Shown: piece after piece, positions 48,001 through 60,464 of the stretch
Layout: each line of letters starts with the position of its first letter
Position numbering within the stretch: the first letter of the stretch is position 1
NCBI GenBank assembly: GCA_040437565.1
Contig: JBDOQK010000001.1
Span: forward strand, 372,001-436,000
Direction of reading: 5' to 3'
DNA length: 64,000 nucleotides
Source: Albugo candida
Taxonomy: Eukaryota
The notes under the pieces: model-generated
What the model was told of the DNA's origin: nothing
What the model saw: the letters and a program-made list of their open reading frames with translations, nothing else
The model's database searches: none
Translations under genes and position numbers: made by a program

Positions 48001-49960
48001 CCTTCTTCGGACACTTTAGACATGAACCAGATCAGATTCTTCTCCATCTCTTTAAATTGGCTTCGAAATCAGCCTTGTCAGCTCTTTTTTTTCTTCAAGT
48101 TAGTCCAAGAAAACTATGATGGCGTCGTAATTGCTTTCTTTGACGTCGTCGACTTGAGATTTGGAAGTGTACATGAATCGTTTCAGATCACATCTCTCGT
48201 TCCGAGAAAACGGTTATCGTGCACGTTCACCTTTAGTACGGATATGCCTTACACCATTTTTGCTATCTGACAAGGTCGTATATAATTTGCGCCTAGCCAC
48301 TAAAGATAGCAGCTTTAATGTGATGTTGTTTATGACACCACCAACAGTTCTCAATCCAATCACAGCGAGACCTGTCGGTGTCTCAGATCGAAGAAATTTA
48401 AAGGGAGATAGATAGATTGATGTTCCCTCATCGTGGCGCACACCAATTTGCAAACCACGGTACTTTTGGACCATTTTTACAACTTTACAACTTTACAACA
48501 GCATTTACAAGCTGGACACAGTCTCGTATTAAGGGTGCTGAGGCTATTACGATACGAGATTATCAACGAGAAGACATATTATCATCTCTCACAGGTATTT
48601 CACGAAACGTTTTTTAGATGTATATATGTTATTAAAAATAGCCTAGGCAACTAGAGAAGTCAGTTAGTCTAATTCTAGTAATATAGACACCTTCAACTGA
48701 TGTTCTCTCATCCCGAAATACACGTATAATAGAATGTATAGGATATTATGGTTTGTTTGTGCAGAGCTTCTTACAATTTTTTTAAGCTCTTTCTGCATCA
48801 AAGGAAATCGACTTGTTTCGTTCTGAGCGTTATGATCAAATGCACTATGTTGTTCAGGCGGCAAAAAAGATGCTCTCGTTGGTCACCAATTCTCGTATTT
48901 TGCTTTTCCTGCGCTTTCATATTCACGCCTTCTTGTAGGCTATCCGTTTGATTAGCTCCGAATAAAATCCGCTTACACNNNNNNNNNNNNNNNNNNNNNN
49001 NNNNNNNNNNNNNNNNNNNNNNNNNNNNNNNNNNNNNNNNNNNNNNNNNNNNNNNNNNNNNNNNNNNNNNNNNNNNNNTAGCCTAGGCAACTAGAGAAGT
49101 CAGTTAGTCTAATTCTAGTAATATAGACACCTTCAACTGATGTTCTCTCATCCCGAAATACACGTATAATAGAATGTATAGGATATTATGGTTTGTTTGT
49201 GCAGAGCTTCTTACAATTTTTTTAAGCTCTTTCTGCATCAAAGGAAATCGACTTGTTTCGTTCTGAGCGTTATGATCAAATGCACTATGTTGTTCAGGCG
49301 GCAAAAAAGATGCTCTCGTTGGTCACCAATTCTCGTATTTTGCTTTTCCTGCGCTTTCATATTCACGCCTTCTTGTAGGCTATCCGTTTGATTAGCTCCG
49401 AATAAAATCCGCTTACACATGAGGCACATAGGCAATTCGTGAGGCACAAAGAAGCATGAAGAATATCCGTTCCACAGCAGACCCGTATTTCTGTGGATTC
49501 TTATGTCGATAGAGGTGTGCTTGTACCAATCAGATGGTTTAATGTGAGGATCATACTGCTATAATTCGAAGAAGGTGTGATGGTAGTGAAGAAGATTACT
49601 CGTTCCCATAGATGAAGTAATTGATATTTCTCATTTGCAAGTCATCAAATCGATGCAGTTTTCCAGTTCAAGAGCTTTGCAAAGAGAACTTTGGCTGACA
49701 GTGCTTTTGCTGGGATTTGGTGACTGAATGCATCAATTATCTCCGAGAATTCTTCCACTTTTTTAGAAAGATTCGCATCGACAACTTTGACAACCAATCT
49801 GCGATCATAGCGGGGCTTTTGCCCGTGGAAATTTCGATAAGCACAGTATATTAGGGCTGGCTTCATGAGGTGACATCTAAAGCCTATTTTCAATATCGCC
49901 ATGAAATAGTAGATTCGAACAAGCGTCGAAAGATGTCGTCAATACTCAGTCGTTTGATTT
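45030..49960 (-). pseudogene. Decayed copy E (longest remnant) of the multi-copy gene family
   Basis: 45040..46690 matches copy C and 46680..49950 matches copy B. Interrupted by a LINE 3' UTR. 48639..48978 is falsely duplicated across the gap. Confidence 0.6.
48433..48697 (+). mobile_element. Severely 5'-truncated LINE (3' UTR only) with a 15-bp TSD
   Basis: Matches 44668..44895 and 880..944 and ends CTTCAAC. Flanked by TGATGTTCCCTCATC (48418..48432) and TGATGTTCTCTCATC (48698..48712). The empty homologous site is at ~7191..7205. Confidence 0.85.
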
Positions 49961-52900
49961 CGTTGTCACTAGCATACCAAGTTTCTATCCATCGTTCCAG
50001 GCGGTATTCCACAAGATGGATTTACTAATATCAGTATGGGTGAATAAGCGGAGGATTATCTAATGGTCTCTCATGACACATGAAGCGCGTCGTGAGAGCA
50101 AGTACAGATGTATTACATCGGTGATAAAAGCACAGTCCATTTATCTTTGCTCAAGTTGAGTACTCAGGAAAGTCAGGGTCGGGTGCCTAAGAAATGCGAT
50201 GCAAACTTGCTATAATATATCTGATCGTTTGAGCTCGTCTCAAACAATTCGTCTCACACAATGACTGTGATGCAGTCAGGGCACTCCGGACTTGGAATTT
50301 ACAGCTTTCTTCCCAGTTCAAAATGAAATGTCAAAATCAAGTTCAGCAACCTTTGCTTACTTTCTCGTAGAACTAAGCGAACATGAAACTACATCATCAA
50401 TCTCAAAATCAGGTGAGCTGTCAACCCGACTGCAGTACGATCGCGAGATGGTAAGTGCTAACGGGGACTTCAATTGGACGAAACAAGAAGGATCAAAGAA
50501 TTAAACGATCGTATATAGTTGGACGACTTTTGTAGTCGCAACCCAATAACAAATAGGGGACATTTGAGATTTCTCTTATTTCGACGAAGAGAAGAAGTTT
50601 ATTTTGATGGCATCGGACGTCTTTGAAAAAGATCGAAGTAGAGAAGAAAATCTATAGAACGAGGTGGAATCAGATGAAGCTGTTCAAGTATGAAGCTTTT
50701 GTATCCGTGGTAGAGATAAAGGGATAGGCTGTAGAGAGGGCTGTCGTAGTAAGATTACGTGTATGTAATTAGATTTCTCTTACCCTTTCTTATTGCAGAA
50801 CTAGCAGGCAACTTTTCTGGAAGACCAGAGGTGATATGAACCGCGCGAAGATGACGAGCGAAGGGCAGCATAATGCCAATGTTGAGGATTGATTGGTCAA
50901 CCGTATCTCCGGATCTCGATCATCTCGAGACATATGGTCATGATGACACGTGAGAACTCACGCCATTACAATACCATTGGTGATCTCTACCATTGTATTC
51001 GTGCGCTATAGTAAGACTATCTCGACAAAAAAGTGAATGTGGTTGATATTGCATGAGCCACATAAATAAAGTAACAAAATTTGAGTTTTTTGCAGCAGAT
51101 TCGCATTGTGAAAAAGGTTATGCACAAAGAAGCAGGTATCGCTCAATTCTATTGCTGGCAATGTAAAAGTGTCCCAATCTTGATCCAAATTTAAAAAAAT
51201 TGCGTGTGAACACTTGCAGTCATATATCGAATACCTCTATACCCTGACACGAATGTGAAAAATGCTACCCAATCTATATCATAGATCGTAGTAGCATCTA
51301 TTTCTATGTTTACGAAAGTAATTGCCTTGAGAACAAATAACAAGCGGATTTGAAATGATTACATGAATGGAAGGTGAACCCATTTTTTTATTCCAGCTCA
51401 CGTGCTATTTGCTTTGATAAATTAGTAAATTGGTGCAAGGAAGCAAATGACCATCTCATTTATACGCCAAGGACTCAATTAATTCAATTAAATTTGACTT
51501 TTTAACTCGCCTCATCAAGCCAAATACGTGATTGTGTTGCTTCCGTGGTCGGTCATCTTTAGTTTCACTGTAAAAACGGATTAGCGCACCTGTGTATGTT
51601 CTTATATCAGATGCTATCTACGTGATGTACTGTACACAGCGAAGAAAGGGTATTCCTGAATTCTAAATTTTGACTCTATCAGTTTTTGTGCAGGGATTGA
51701 AGTTTTTCCTCCTATGCTGCGATATAACCGAGTTTGATATCTCGACGGATTAAATTAGATCATCCACACTATCATCTGGTTGACCCAGATTTGCCTCAAC
51801 AGTTTCTTACTCTGTCCGTACCCTAGACCTCATGGCATCGACTCAATCTATTCGTAGGACCGCCTGCGTATATAAGACATGATGTGTTAGCGAAACGCTG
51901 TATCAAATCGATTCTCTTGGAGGTCTATAGTCTGTTTTGCTTCCATTAGACTCGCAGCCTTGAAAACTTGAGGTAGAAATAGAAGTCGACAACCTTTTGA
52001 GTTTTGATTTTCAGGATATATCTGACGCGAAAAGTTTGCATAGTTGTAAAGCTGCGTCGCTAAGATCTCTGCAGCTCGCCCCAATAGATAAGATTACGTG
52101 TGTGCGATCAAAAGTTCCATAAGTACTTCGATTTCTAGGTTACACTATTCACGACGTGCATGTAAGAATTCAACGTGCGCTAATGATCAGCCTCAAGTAG
52201 GAAGCTTTCTACGCCGTTGTCGGCGTCGATAATCAACGCATTTCAACTTCGCTGAGTACTCTCATTTCAACATTGTGAGTGAATGGCAAGGTTACCATCT
52301 ATTTGCAATTTGGACAAGCTGATAAATCGAAGTACGAGATGGTGAGCAATATTATTTTGGACGGTATGTGCATTTGACTTATGGACGTATTTTCGTGGAT
52401 ACACACGAGGAGAATGTGCGTGCTCAAAACCTCATGTTGCTATCCGCTATCGACGCCGATTCGTCGATTTCGACTTTGATATCGTCCAGAGTGAGAGGCT
52501 GTTTTCGTTCATGAAGCCTAAGGTACAACCTCTGACGCGATGAAGCTAGGAAGCGAAATTATCTTCATAGCTTGATTTGTGATAAACTAGTTGCTGACTT
52601 CGCCTTGCAAAACTCTGCAATTTCTGCTAAAAAAGAATCCCTTCCTGCGTCCAAGGCGTGTCTTACTGGATCGCAGCCATTTTATTTCTTGCTGGACCCT
52701 TTACCAGCGACAAGTCGAAGTGTCAACGCCCAGTCTCTTCTAGTATAGTGATCTAGAGCTTTTCCAAGATGCCGTTTCTTTGCGGCGAGTTACTGATTTC
52801 TAGCGAGATGTTCCTGCGGCTGTGAATACCAGCTGTAATTTGGATCTAGTCGTAGCTGTTCACACATGATAGAAAAAACTGCTGGTGGAAGAGAATCAGT

Positions 52901-53129
52901 GATCGAGCGAATCAAGCGATGTGGTTTCTGTTTGATTGAGGTCTGTAAGCCTCAAGTTTCAAGTCTGGTAATGTGATGAAGGCCGTCGAGAATCTATACG
53001 CAGAGAATGTGAAGCAGGTAGTCAAACGCCCCGGTGTGAACTTGATGGAGCATGTATTTGGATGTCTTGCCGATGTCAGTGTATGTCAAAGAACGTGACA
53101 ACTTCAGATTGGACATGCTGGGGTACGAG

Positions 53130-53560
53130 AATTGCCGTTTTCGGCCTTTTGACTTTAGTAAATGCAAAGATTGCAACACGGGGATTGAATTCTGGAAGTG
53201 GAGGAAGTTCTAAGGTCATAAAATATATAGATGGCTCGTGATCAAAAAGAAACCGCCACAAAAAAAATATCTCCAAGAATGCAAGGAAACAGCGAGACCC
53301 AAGACTGCGACGCTAGACGCACAAAATCCTCGATAGAATTTATTATTTTTTCGTAATCAAGATTCCAAAGCGACTGGCATCGCGTACTCGCAAATTTGAA
53401 AGAAGCCTGAATCGATAAAGCAGTACAAAAATGTAGTATGGTGGGAACACCCTGAGAAGAAGGTGACAAAACTTTGGTACAGTGTTCATGTGGCCCCAGA
53501 CATCCCAAATTTCCCTATAAACTTTTTCGTTTTATCCTTACGGTTGCAAGAGAAAAATAA
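53130..53560 (+). pseudogene. Degraded paralog of the small secreted protein at 54334
   Basis: 'IAVFGLLTLVNAK' vs 'LVVFGLITVANSN'. Matching 3' end (TCGTTTT-TCCTT...GGTTGC) and 3' UTR (GTCT-ATAAGCTTTGCA-CAATA at ~53592 and ~54832). Internal stops. Confidence 0.6.
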
Positions 53561-54333
53561 GTGTAGTTTGATCTTTAAAGAACGATCAGTGGTCTAATAA
53601 GCTTTGCACCAATATTGTCTTCTTTTATTTTTTATGGTAAGCATTCTACTTTTAAAATTTTCGTCTTTTAGCCGACAATAAGTTGAGACCAGCAAGGCTT
53701 CATAGTGATGTACCCTTGTGATTGCAGGGCCTTGTCTCAATATTGTACAAAGCTAAGAGCATCTTCTCTGCGCCTACGATCGATCTTGAAAACTGACGGG
53801 AAAAATCAGATCAGTGGTCTCAAGATCGAGACCATTCGAAGAACTGACTGGTTTTGTGCCGTGTAGGTTTGATACCGCATTGGTTCGCTCTACTGTTTGT
53901 TGGCAATCGAATGACGTTACACGGAAAGTGCAGCAGTATCATTAGTTACTTGATGCGTGCGCTTTCTACTTATGGGCAAGCATATTCATGCAAGCACTAA
54001 GGGTTTGGAAAAATTGAGGGATACAACTTCTTCATGTAGATCTCCCGCTTTTACCTTTTTCTCAAGAAAAATACTATCTGATCGGTAGTATCGGATATTT
54101 GTAGGGTGGCCACCACTCAGGGGCTCCGAATCGTCGTGAGGTATAATACGCGTCAGATTACTTCCTGGACAGGCCCAAATAAGCGTCATTGAGAGAATGG
54201 GTTATGTCAAATTACGTAAAGGCAGCTGGATGCAATCATGTCTTATACGACCACTACCAAAATGGTTCAAAGGCATTGCTATAATTTACGATTCAACTTC
54301 CTCCCAATCCCCCAGTAGCCAACAAAATAACAT

Positions 54334-54807
54334 ATGGTCTCTTGCACATTCATACTTGTTGTTTTCGGTCTGATCACTGTTGCAAATTCAAATTGGCAAA
54401 ACGTTAAACTGGATGAATGCTTCAAATCAAAATCTAGAGTTGTTGTTCGATATTCGCGAATTTGCATTAAATATGGCAGTGCTGATGCCTGCCAGCGTAC
54501 ACGCACGAAAGCCCTTAGAGAGGTACTCTTGGGTTTTTTTCAAGCACATTATAGAGCAGATATCACTCTAGTTGAAATCGCAGTGATGCACAGGGTCGAC
54601 ATCACTAATACATTACGTCATCTGTTCAAAGTTATAGGAAAGGACGAAAGTAGCTTTCATGAAAATTGTCTCGATTATATGCGAAAAAGAATGCCCATGG
54701 TAACTGATTATAAATCCCTATTCAACGAAAACGAAGCTATTTATTATAATCAGGACCTCTATGACATTGCTCGTTTTCTCCTTCGTGGTTGCCCGGCGCC
54801 GAAATGA
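54334..54807 (+). CDS. Small (157 aa) putative secreted protein, candidate effector
   Basis: N-terminal hydrophobic 'MVSCTFILVVFGLITVANS'. Five Cys in the mature part, no domain recognised, intronless, in a gene-sparse region. Confidence 0.65.
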   Translation: MVSCTFILVVFGLITVANSNWQNVKLDECFKSKSRVVVRYSRICIKYGSADACQRTRTKALREVLLGFFQAHYRADITLVEIAVMHRVDITNTLRHLFKVIGKDESSFHENCLDYMRKRMPMVTDYKSLFNENEAIYYNQDLYDIARFLLRGCPAPK

Positions 54808-54889
54808 TTGGTTTATAACGAACAAGCGGTTGTCTGATAAGCTTTGCATCAATACATTTACACTTTTGTCATAACGTGTCTCTCATCTA

Positions 54890-57800
54890 TTATTGCTTTC
54901 GAGGCCGATTCTTTCCAGCCGTATTAGCTGCACCATTATTTCGTAATCCCCGAGTTGGCGGTAGCAAATGAATCGAGGCAAGATGTGGATACGCCTGGAA
55001 ATATAAATGAATCCATATAAATGCTTCAATCAGTGTCAACGTCGGATTTATTTGAGAGCATCGGTCTCTTGCGATTGTCAGCAAATCGGGAGCGTCATCC
55101 ATGACCAAAAACTTTCTCTTCCTTTGACCTCGTGGCTTGTAACCCTTTTCTGCCTTGTGAAATTCAGATAGAACACTCCTGTATTCGATTCGATATGGGT
55201 GCACAATTTTGAGATAGGCCGAACAGAGGGATGATGCAATTGTGTTTTTTAAGTCTTGTCGAGATATAAGATTGGTCTGGCGTTTCTCGACGCAAATAAC
55301 CCAAGCAGCGTTGAAAACATGGTTGATGAACCATACTTTTCCGCAGTCGAACTGTTCTTGTGCTAGTTGTCTAGTTACAGTCGCAAAAGAGAGTAAGATA
55401 CGTCGCCTTAATCGTTTGAGTGCAAGCATTTTGCGTTTGATAGTTGTAACAGAGAACTGGTTAGAGAGTAGCATTGTTGTCTGAGGTCTTGGTACACATC
55501 TTCTCATCTCATCTTGCAATTTTATAATTTGTTCTTTCAAACCAGTTTCTTCATGGAAATTCAGCATAGAAAAGGTAGTATAATTGCCATGGAGCCATGT
55601 ATTGATGTACTGTTCGCATCGAATCGGTAAAATTGTTTTTTCGCAAGCAAGCATGCTTTGTAGCAATCGAAATCTGAAGTACGATCGAACTGACTTGATC
55701 TCCTGTAAAGTTGGGACTCGTAGTAGTGGAATTGCCATACCTCTTGAACAAATACTCAGTGTATGAGCATTTCCAAAGTGTTTAATTCGACGCCTTGTCA
55801 GTGTCTTGAGGTGCGACGATGATAAAGTGTGAAGATCTCGCTTTTGATACACCGATTCTTCGATGATCGCCACATAAGCTGGGAGTGGTGCAATTCCGTT
55901 GATGATTAGTGAATGCGATGATGATGCATCAGTCTTGCGTTTTTTTAAACAAGGAGTTTGCTGTTCATGTTCATCGTTTGTTCTCGGTGCACGCCTTTTT
56001 GTTTCGTCCGGGAATATCACTCGCCGATTTATCAATGAGCCAGTAAATACTTTGTGATCTTTTCCTTTAACGTGTCGATTCATTCCCCAGACGGCATGTT
56101 CTCCGACTATTTCGTTTGTAGTGTATTCTGTATTGATTGTAAGTCTACAAACAAACACGAAATTCAATGGGGGTACACTTGCCAATTCACACTTGCAACA
56201 AAACCTTTCGAGAAGAGCCAAAAGCCGTTCGGAGAAGTTGCTATCAGAGTTTTTAATTTCTGTCGTTATCCACTCACATAGTTCGCCAGATAAGTGTATA
56301 AAGAATTCATTTCCAAACATTTTTTGTGCAGTAGCGGCTTTATATAACATCCATTCCCACCGTTTATTAGTCTTGTGCTCCAGAGTGAGATCGAAATTAT
56401 TGAAAAAGGTACTTTTCCACCAATCTCTGCTATCGCGAATGCTGTCGAGTGAGCTAGCCTTAGACAAGTCCGCCGTTAAAGCGCCCAAATGTTCTTCAAA
56501 TATCTTCCATATCCAAAGTGCATGCGTCGGATTTTGCTGAAAGTATAAGTCAGTCCCGCATGTGTCGATAATACTGGCTAGGAGTTCAGTCCACCACACT
56601 GACACGAGTCCGTTTTCAGTGGTTCCAATCAGCCCGTACAGGTTTCTTAAAGGTACGATACTGGTGGGGTCAGCTTCTAGCCAGCTGATTGAAACAAATA
56701 ATCAGTTTAACATGACAAAACTTTCAGGGGGTATACCTTCGGAGAAGATGAAATTGAACGGAACCAGTCGACTCCAAGTAATGACACTGTAGAAACTGGA
56801 CTAGCTATCAAAGCAATCATTAGGATATGCAAGAAATGCCCAACAGCTTAACAAGAGTGACTCGGACCATTCGGATAGCGTGTACGTCAGAATGATGCCG
56901 ATGATAAAAATCTTCAAGGTAATCCGCAGCTGTGGATATTTCTCCATTTATGGTGAGTAGTTGCACATAATACTCAATATATGCAGCTGAGTCTGGCAGT
57001 ATTGAAAGTACGCGTCGTAACGCCATGCGAGCTTCCTGGAATAAAATATGTGGACCAACGTTACATATGTATTTGAAATGTTGATCGATCCATGATTCGA
57101 AACTAGAGAGATTACTGTAAAAGCTTCTATCCTGAGCCCCAGTCTCGAATTTCACCATCGAATCAGAAGCTGCAGAGAAAGCCTTTGCTTCCTTTTTTGA
57201 TGACCATTCTATGCTGGGAACTTTCAGTTTATCCCTTAGCTGCGGCGACTCAATCAACAGCAGCCAATAGCAAAGTATGCCAAAATTTCCAAGTAAATCG
57301 GGATGACCTTGAAAGCTACCAGAATCAGAATCGTGTTTATTTTTCTCCGTGTATACCTACAACATTGTTTAGTGGAATCAATGTGATACGGATGTAAAAG
57401 ATTGGCATTCAGATACCTGGATCTCGCCCTTGAATAAATGATAGGCATCGTATAGTTCTCCTTGTGAAACGTAAAACAAAAATAATTCTTTTTGTAACAA
57501 AACTTTCTGATCAGCAAAACAAATTTATAAAGAATGCACAAGAGACAAAATCGCAATCTTACGTCTAATTGCTTCGTTTTCAACGCCACACGATAAAGAC
57601 CTTTGATGTCTTGATACCCTTCAGTTTGTACGTAGGATCGACGCAAAATCTCTAGACTCAGCTTGATGGCACAATTTATGAAACTTCGAAGAGCATTGTA
57701 GGATATATATTTACCTGCACACATATTTCAGGATAAGATTTGAATCGATGATACATTAACGATAGCACTCGAGCTGCTCCAGCGTAATCACGTCCATTGA

Positions 57801-58127
57801 TCAGCTACCCAGCCCAGTCGCAGAAAGATAGATTCAGTACATGATGCCGTTGAAATGATTTTGGAATACCGCGAATAGTGTCTGCTCCAATGTGTGGCGC
57901 AGTTTTGTCCGCATGCGGGATCTCGAATGCCTTTCCGTGCTCATTCCAAACAACTTCTCAGGCTGTGGAAATGAGTCGCCCGGAATAGTTGCTTTCCATT
58001 GATCATAGTAGTGCAAGGAATATTGCGTGAATGTTTCTGATTGTTGATTTCTAGTCGGCGCAAATGTGTTTGTGTCTTCGAAAGTTGATAAGAAAGGCGT
58101 GATTGTGTCGCGAGAAGAGCTCTGCAT
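54890..58127 (-). CDS. Multi-exon gene; N-terminal half resembles the RNA polymerase I SL1/core-factor subunit TAF1A (TAFI48/Rrn11)
   Basis: Exon peptides 'LEQTLFA|LINGRDYAGAARVLSLMY', 'YIEYYVQLL..NGEISTAADYLEDF..SDVHA', 'LASIIDTCG..WIWK', 'SRDWWKSTFF' and 'LYKAATAQKMFG' follow, in order, motifs I recall from TAF1A. The last exon includes ORF 54890..56605. Internal exon borders are not all resolved. Confidence 0.55.
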
Positions 58128-58190
58128 CGAAATTGTAGCCAGCCAATCATATAGCCGTGATGCATCTTTTTAGATCAATCAAAGAATGTC

Positions 58191-60464
58191 ATGACTTTAT
58201 TCGTAATGAATGAGAAAAATAGAAAACAGCATCACATTTACGATCAGTTCGCCAACACGAAGTATGATGACCGAAATATTTTTGACGCATGCACACACGG
58301 AGATTTCCCTCTCGTCGTTCTTTTGTGGGGAATGGCAATGGCGAATCCAGCATTAAATCAATATGATCTATATAACACGAGCGACGAAAATGAGAACACA
58401 ATTTTACATTATGCAGCCGCATCCCCAACCGATTCTGTGGACATTGTTCATTTTCTTCTTCAGCAATTGCAACTTTACTTCCAGCAAGTTGTTGAACTTC
58501 AAATGGCCCATAATGATATACTGAATGCACGAAATGCTTTTTATGAGACTCCATTGATGTAAGCGTTTTATTACATTATGTGGGAGAACAATAATGTATC
58601 TTTTCTATGCTGAAAGTCGAGCAGCCCATGAAGGAAATCTTAGAGTGGTCCACAACCTTTGTATGATGCCCGATATCGACATTTTGGCCGCTGACTCGCT
58701 CGGAAACACTGCAGCACATCACGCTGCAGTAATGGGCCACATAGACAGTTTACACTATCTCCTAGAGTGTGAAAAGCTCGCCAAGAACAAAGGATTGAAA
58801 CTCATGCTAGAAGAACCAACCAAACCTCTAGGAGGAGTTGACGAATACGGAAGAGACGTTCTCCATCATGCTGTTGAGAATGGTTTTTGTCTTTATGTTG
58901 AGGTCTTTCTCCATTTTCTCACATGTATGCATTCTAGAACAGATCGTGGTGGCGCAGTATGTGTTATCACGTGGAGATTTCGACATTATGCGCGCAGACG
59001 AATCAAACCTAACGCCTCGGAAGAAAGCGGAATCGGCACCGTTGATGCGAGAACTGGACCTTGACACCAAGAGCCCTCTCAAGGTTAATCAGACTGATAG
59101 CAATCATTGTGACCCTGTATCAATTGTTTATATGATAGTCTTTACGATGCCGCTCTACACGATGGAGCAATTTATTAGCTTGGTCGATACCCTTATCACT
59201 CGTACTTTGCTTGTCATGCTGGCTGCCTTGGTATTTGGAAGTACCTTTAGTTGCAGCTTCCACCTTGATCTACTTTCGAGCTTTACAAAAACGACTCAGA
59301 AGACATTCACATATTGGAACCGATCTCCTGCGCTCAAGTCTGCTTCATGCAGCAAGAAGAAGAATATCATTCACCCCTCATGTGCAGATTTGCCGTCGAA
59401 TGTCTCGTAACGAAACGACTCAAGAGCATGAATCACGTTTTTGTCAATTTTCTTTACCCAAGCTTCGATCTGCGATAGCGAATCCCCCTGCAGAGATTGG
59501 TTTAGCAATATGGCTTGCTTGGCTTGTTACATTTAATTTCTATATAGTCATTATAATGTCAAAAACGACCTACCGGAAGAGTTTGTCGTCGACATTTGTT
59601 TGGATATTGTGGTGCAGTATTATAGCGATCGAGGTTCCTTTTATATGGTTATGGATAAAGCTGACCTTCGCCAGCACGATCGGTTCGAACGACATCGAGA
59701 CAATTGAAAAAGACCTTTCTCACGTACTAGACAAGTTTGCAAAGCATGGAGTTCCTATAGTGAGCGGCGAGCCTCGATTGTGTACAACTTGCTATGTCAA
59801 GCGACCACTTCGGTCCAAACACTGTGCGTCCTGTGGAGTCTGTGTCGCCCGTATGGATCATCACTGCATTTGGATCAATCGGTGTGTTGGGTATGGTAAT
59901 CATCGTCTGTTTATGATTTTCGTGCTCCTACATGCTCTACTTATTGCTGCGTTCGCTAGCTTGAGCTTGATCATTCTGAACGAGCAACTTTACACTTCAG
60001 CTTTTCAAAAAGCCTTTGCAAACGACAAACGTTTTGCGGAGCGATATATAAAGCACCTGTGGAACAGTTTCCCTATAGTAATTGGCAATGATTTACTGCC
60101 GCTTTTGGTTTCTGTGTGGTCGCTTCTGGTCGGCTCAGGACTCATTTATCTCTTTAGCCAGCAGATTAAAAACATTTCGAGAAATCTGACTGTCAATGAA
60201 TCGATCAATTGGAGACGATACCACTACCTACAAAAGGGGACAACTGTCAGTAGCCTCTGTCCTAGCGTATTGGACTTTCACAACGTATTTGATCGTGGGG
60301 CACTTCGGAACTGGATCGAGTTTTTACTGCAAGAAGTCGATTACAGGTCTGTATTTGACTTCCCCGAGGATAAAATATCTGATCCAGGACAGGGATCATC
60401 AGCCGCATTTGCAAGCGGCACACATGATATAGGGCATAGCATGGGCCCAACGGTGGTCGTATAA
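58191..60464 (+). CDS. Ankyrin-repeat DHHC protein S-acyltransferase (Akr1/ZDHHC17/TIP1-like), multi-exon
   Basis: Ankyrin 'NTILHYAA', 'ETPL|IRAAHEGN' (intron 58559..58616), 'GNTAAHHAA'. DHHC-CRD 'CTTCYVKRPLRSKHCASCGVCVARMDHHCIWINRCVG', then 'NLTVNE' and 'FDRG'. Confidence 0.92.

Noticed and set aside
1685..49418. Exact direct repeats flanking N-runs at 1720, 10568, 16335, 18161, 20277, 27354, 27943 and 48979, giving apparent internal domain or exon duplications in CRN, peroxidase and Rab
   Set aside because: Each repeat ends at one gap edge and restarts at the other, and every gap is exactly 100 N. These are unmerged contig overlaps, not biology.
49976..51000. Possible retroelement gag remnant
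   Set aside because: No intact zinc knuckle, protease, LTR or TSD recognised.
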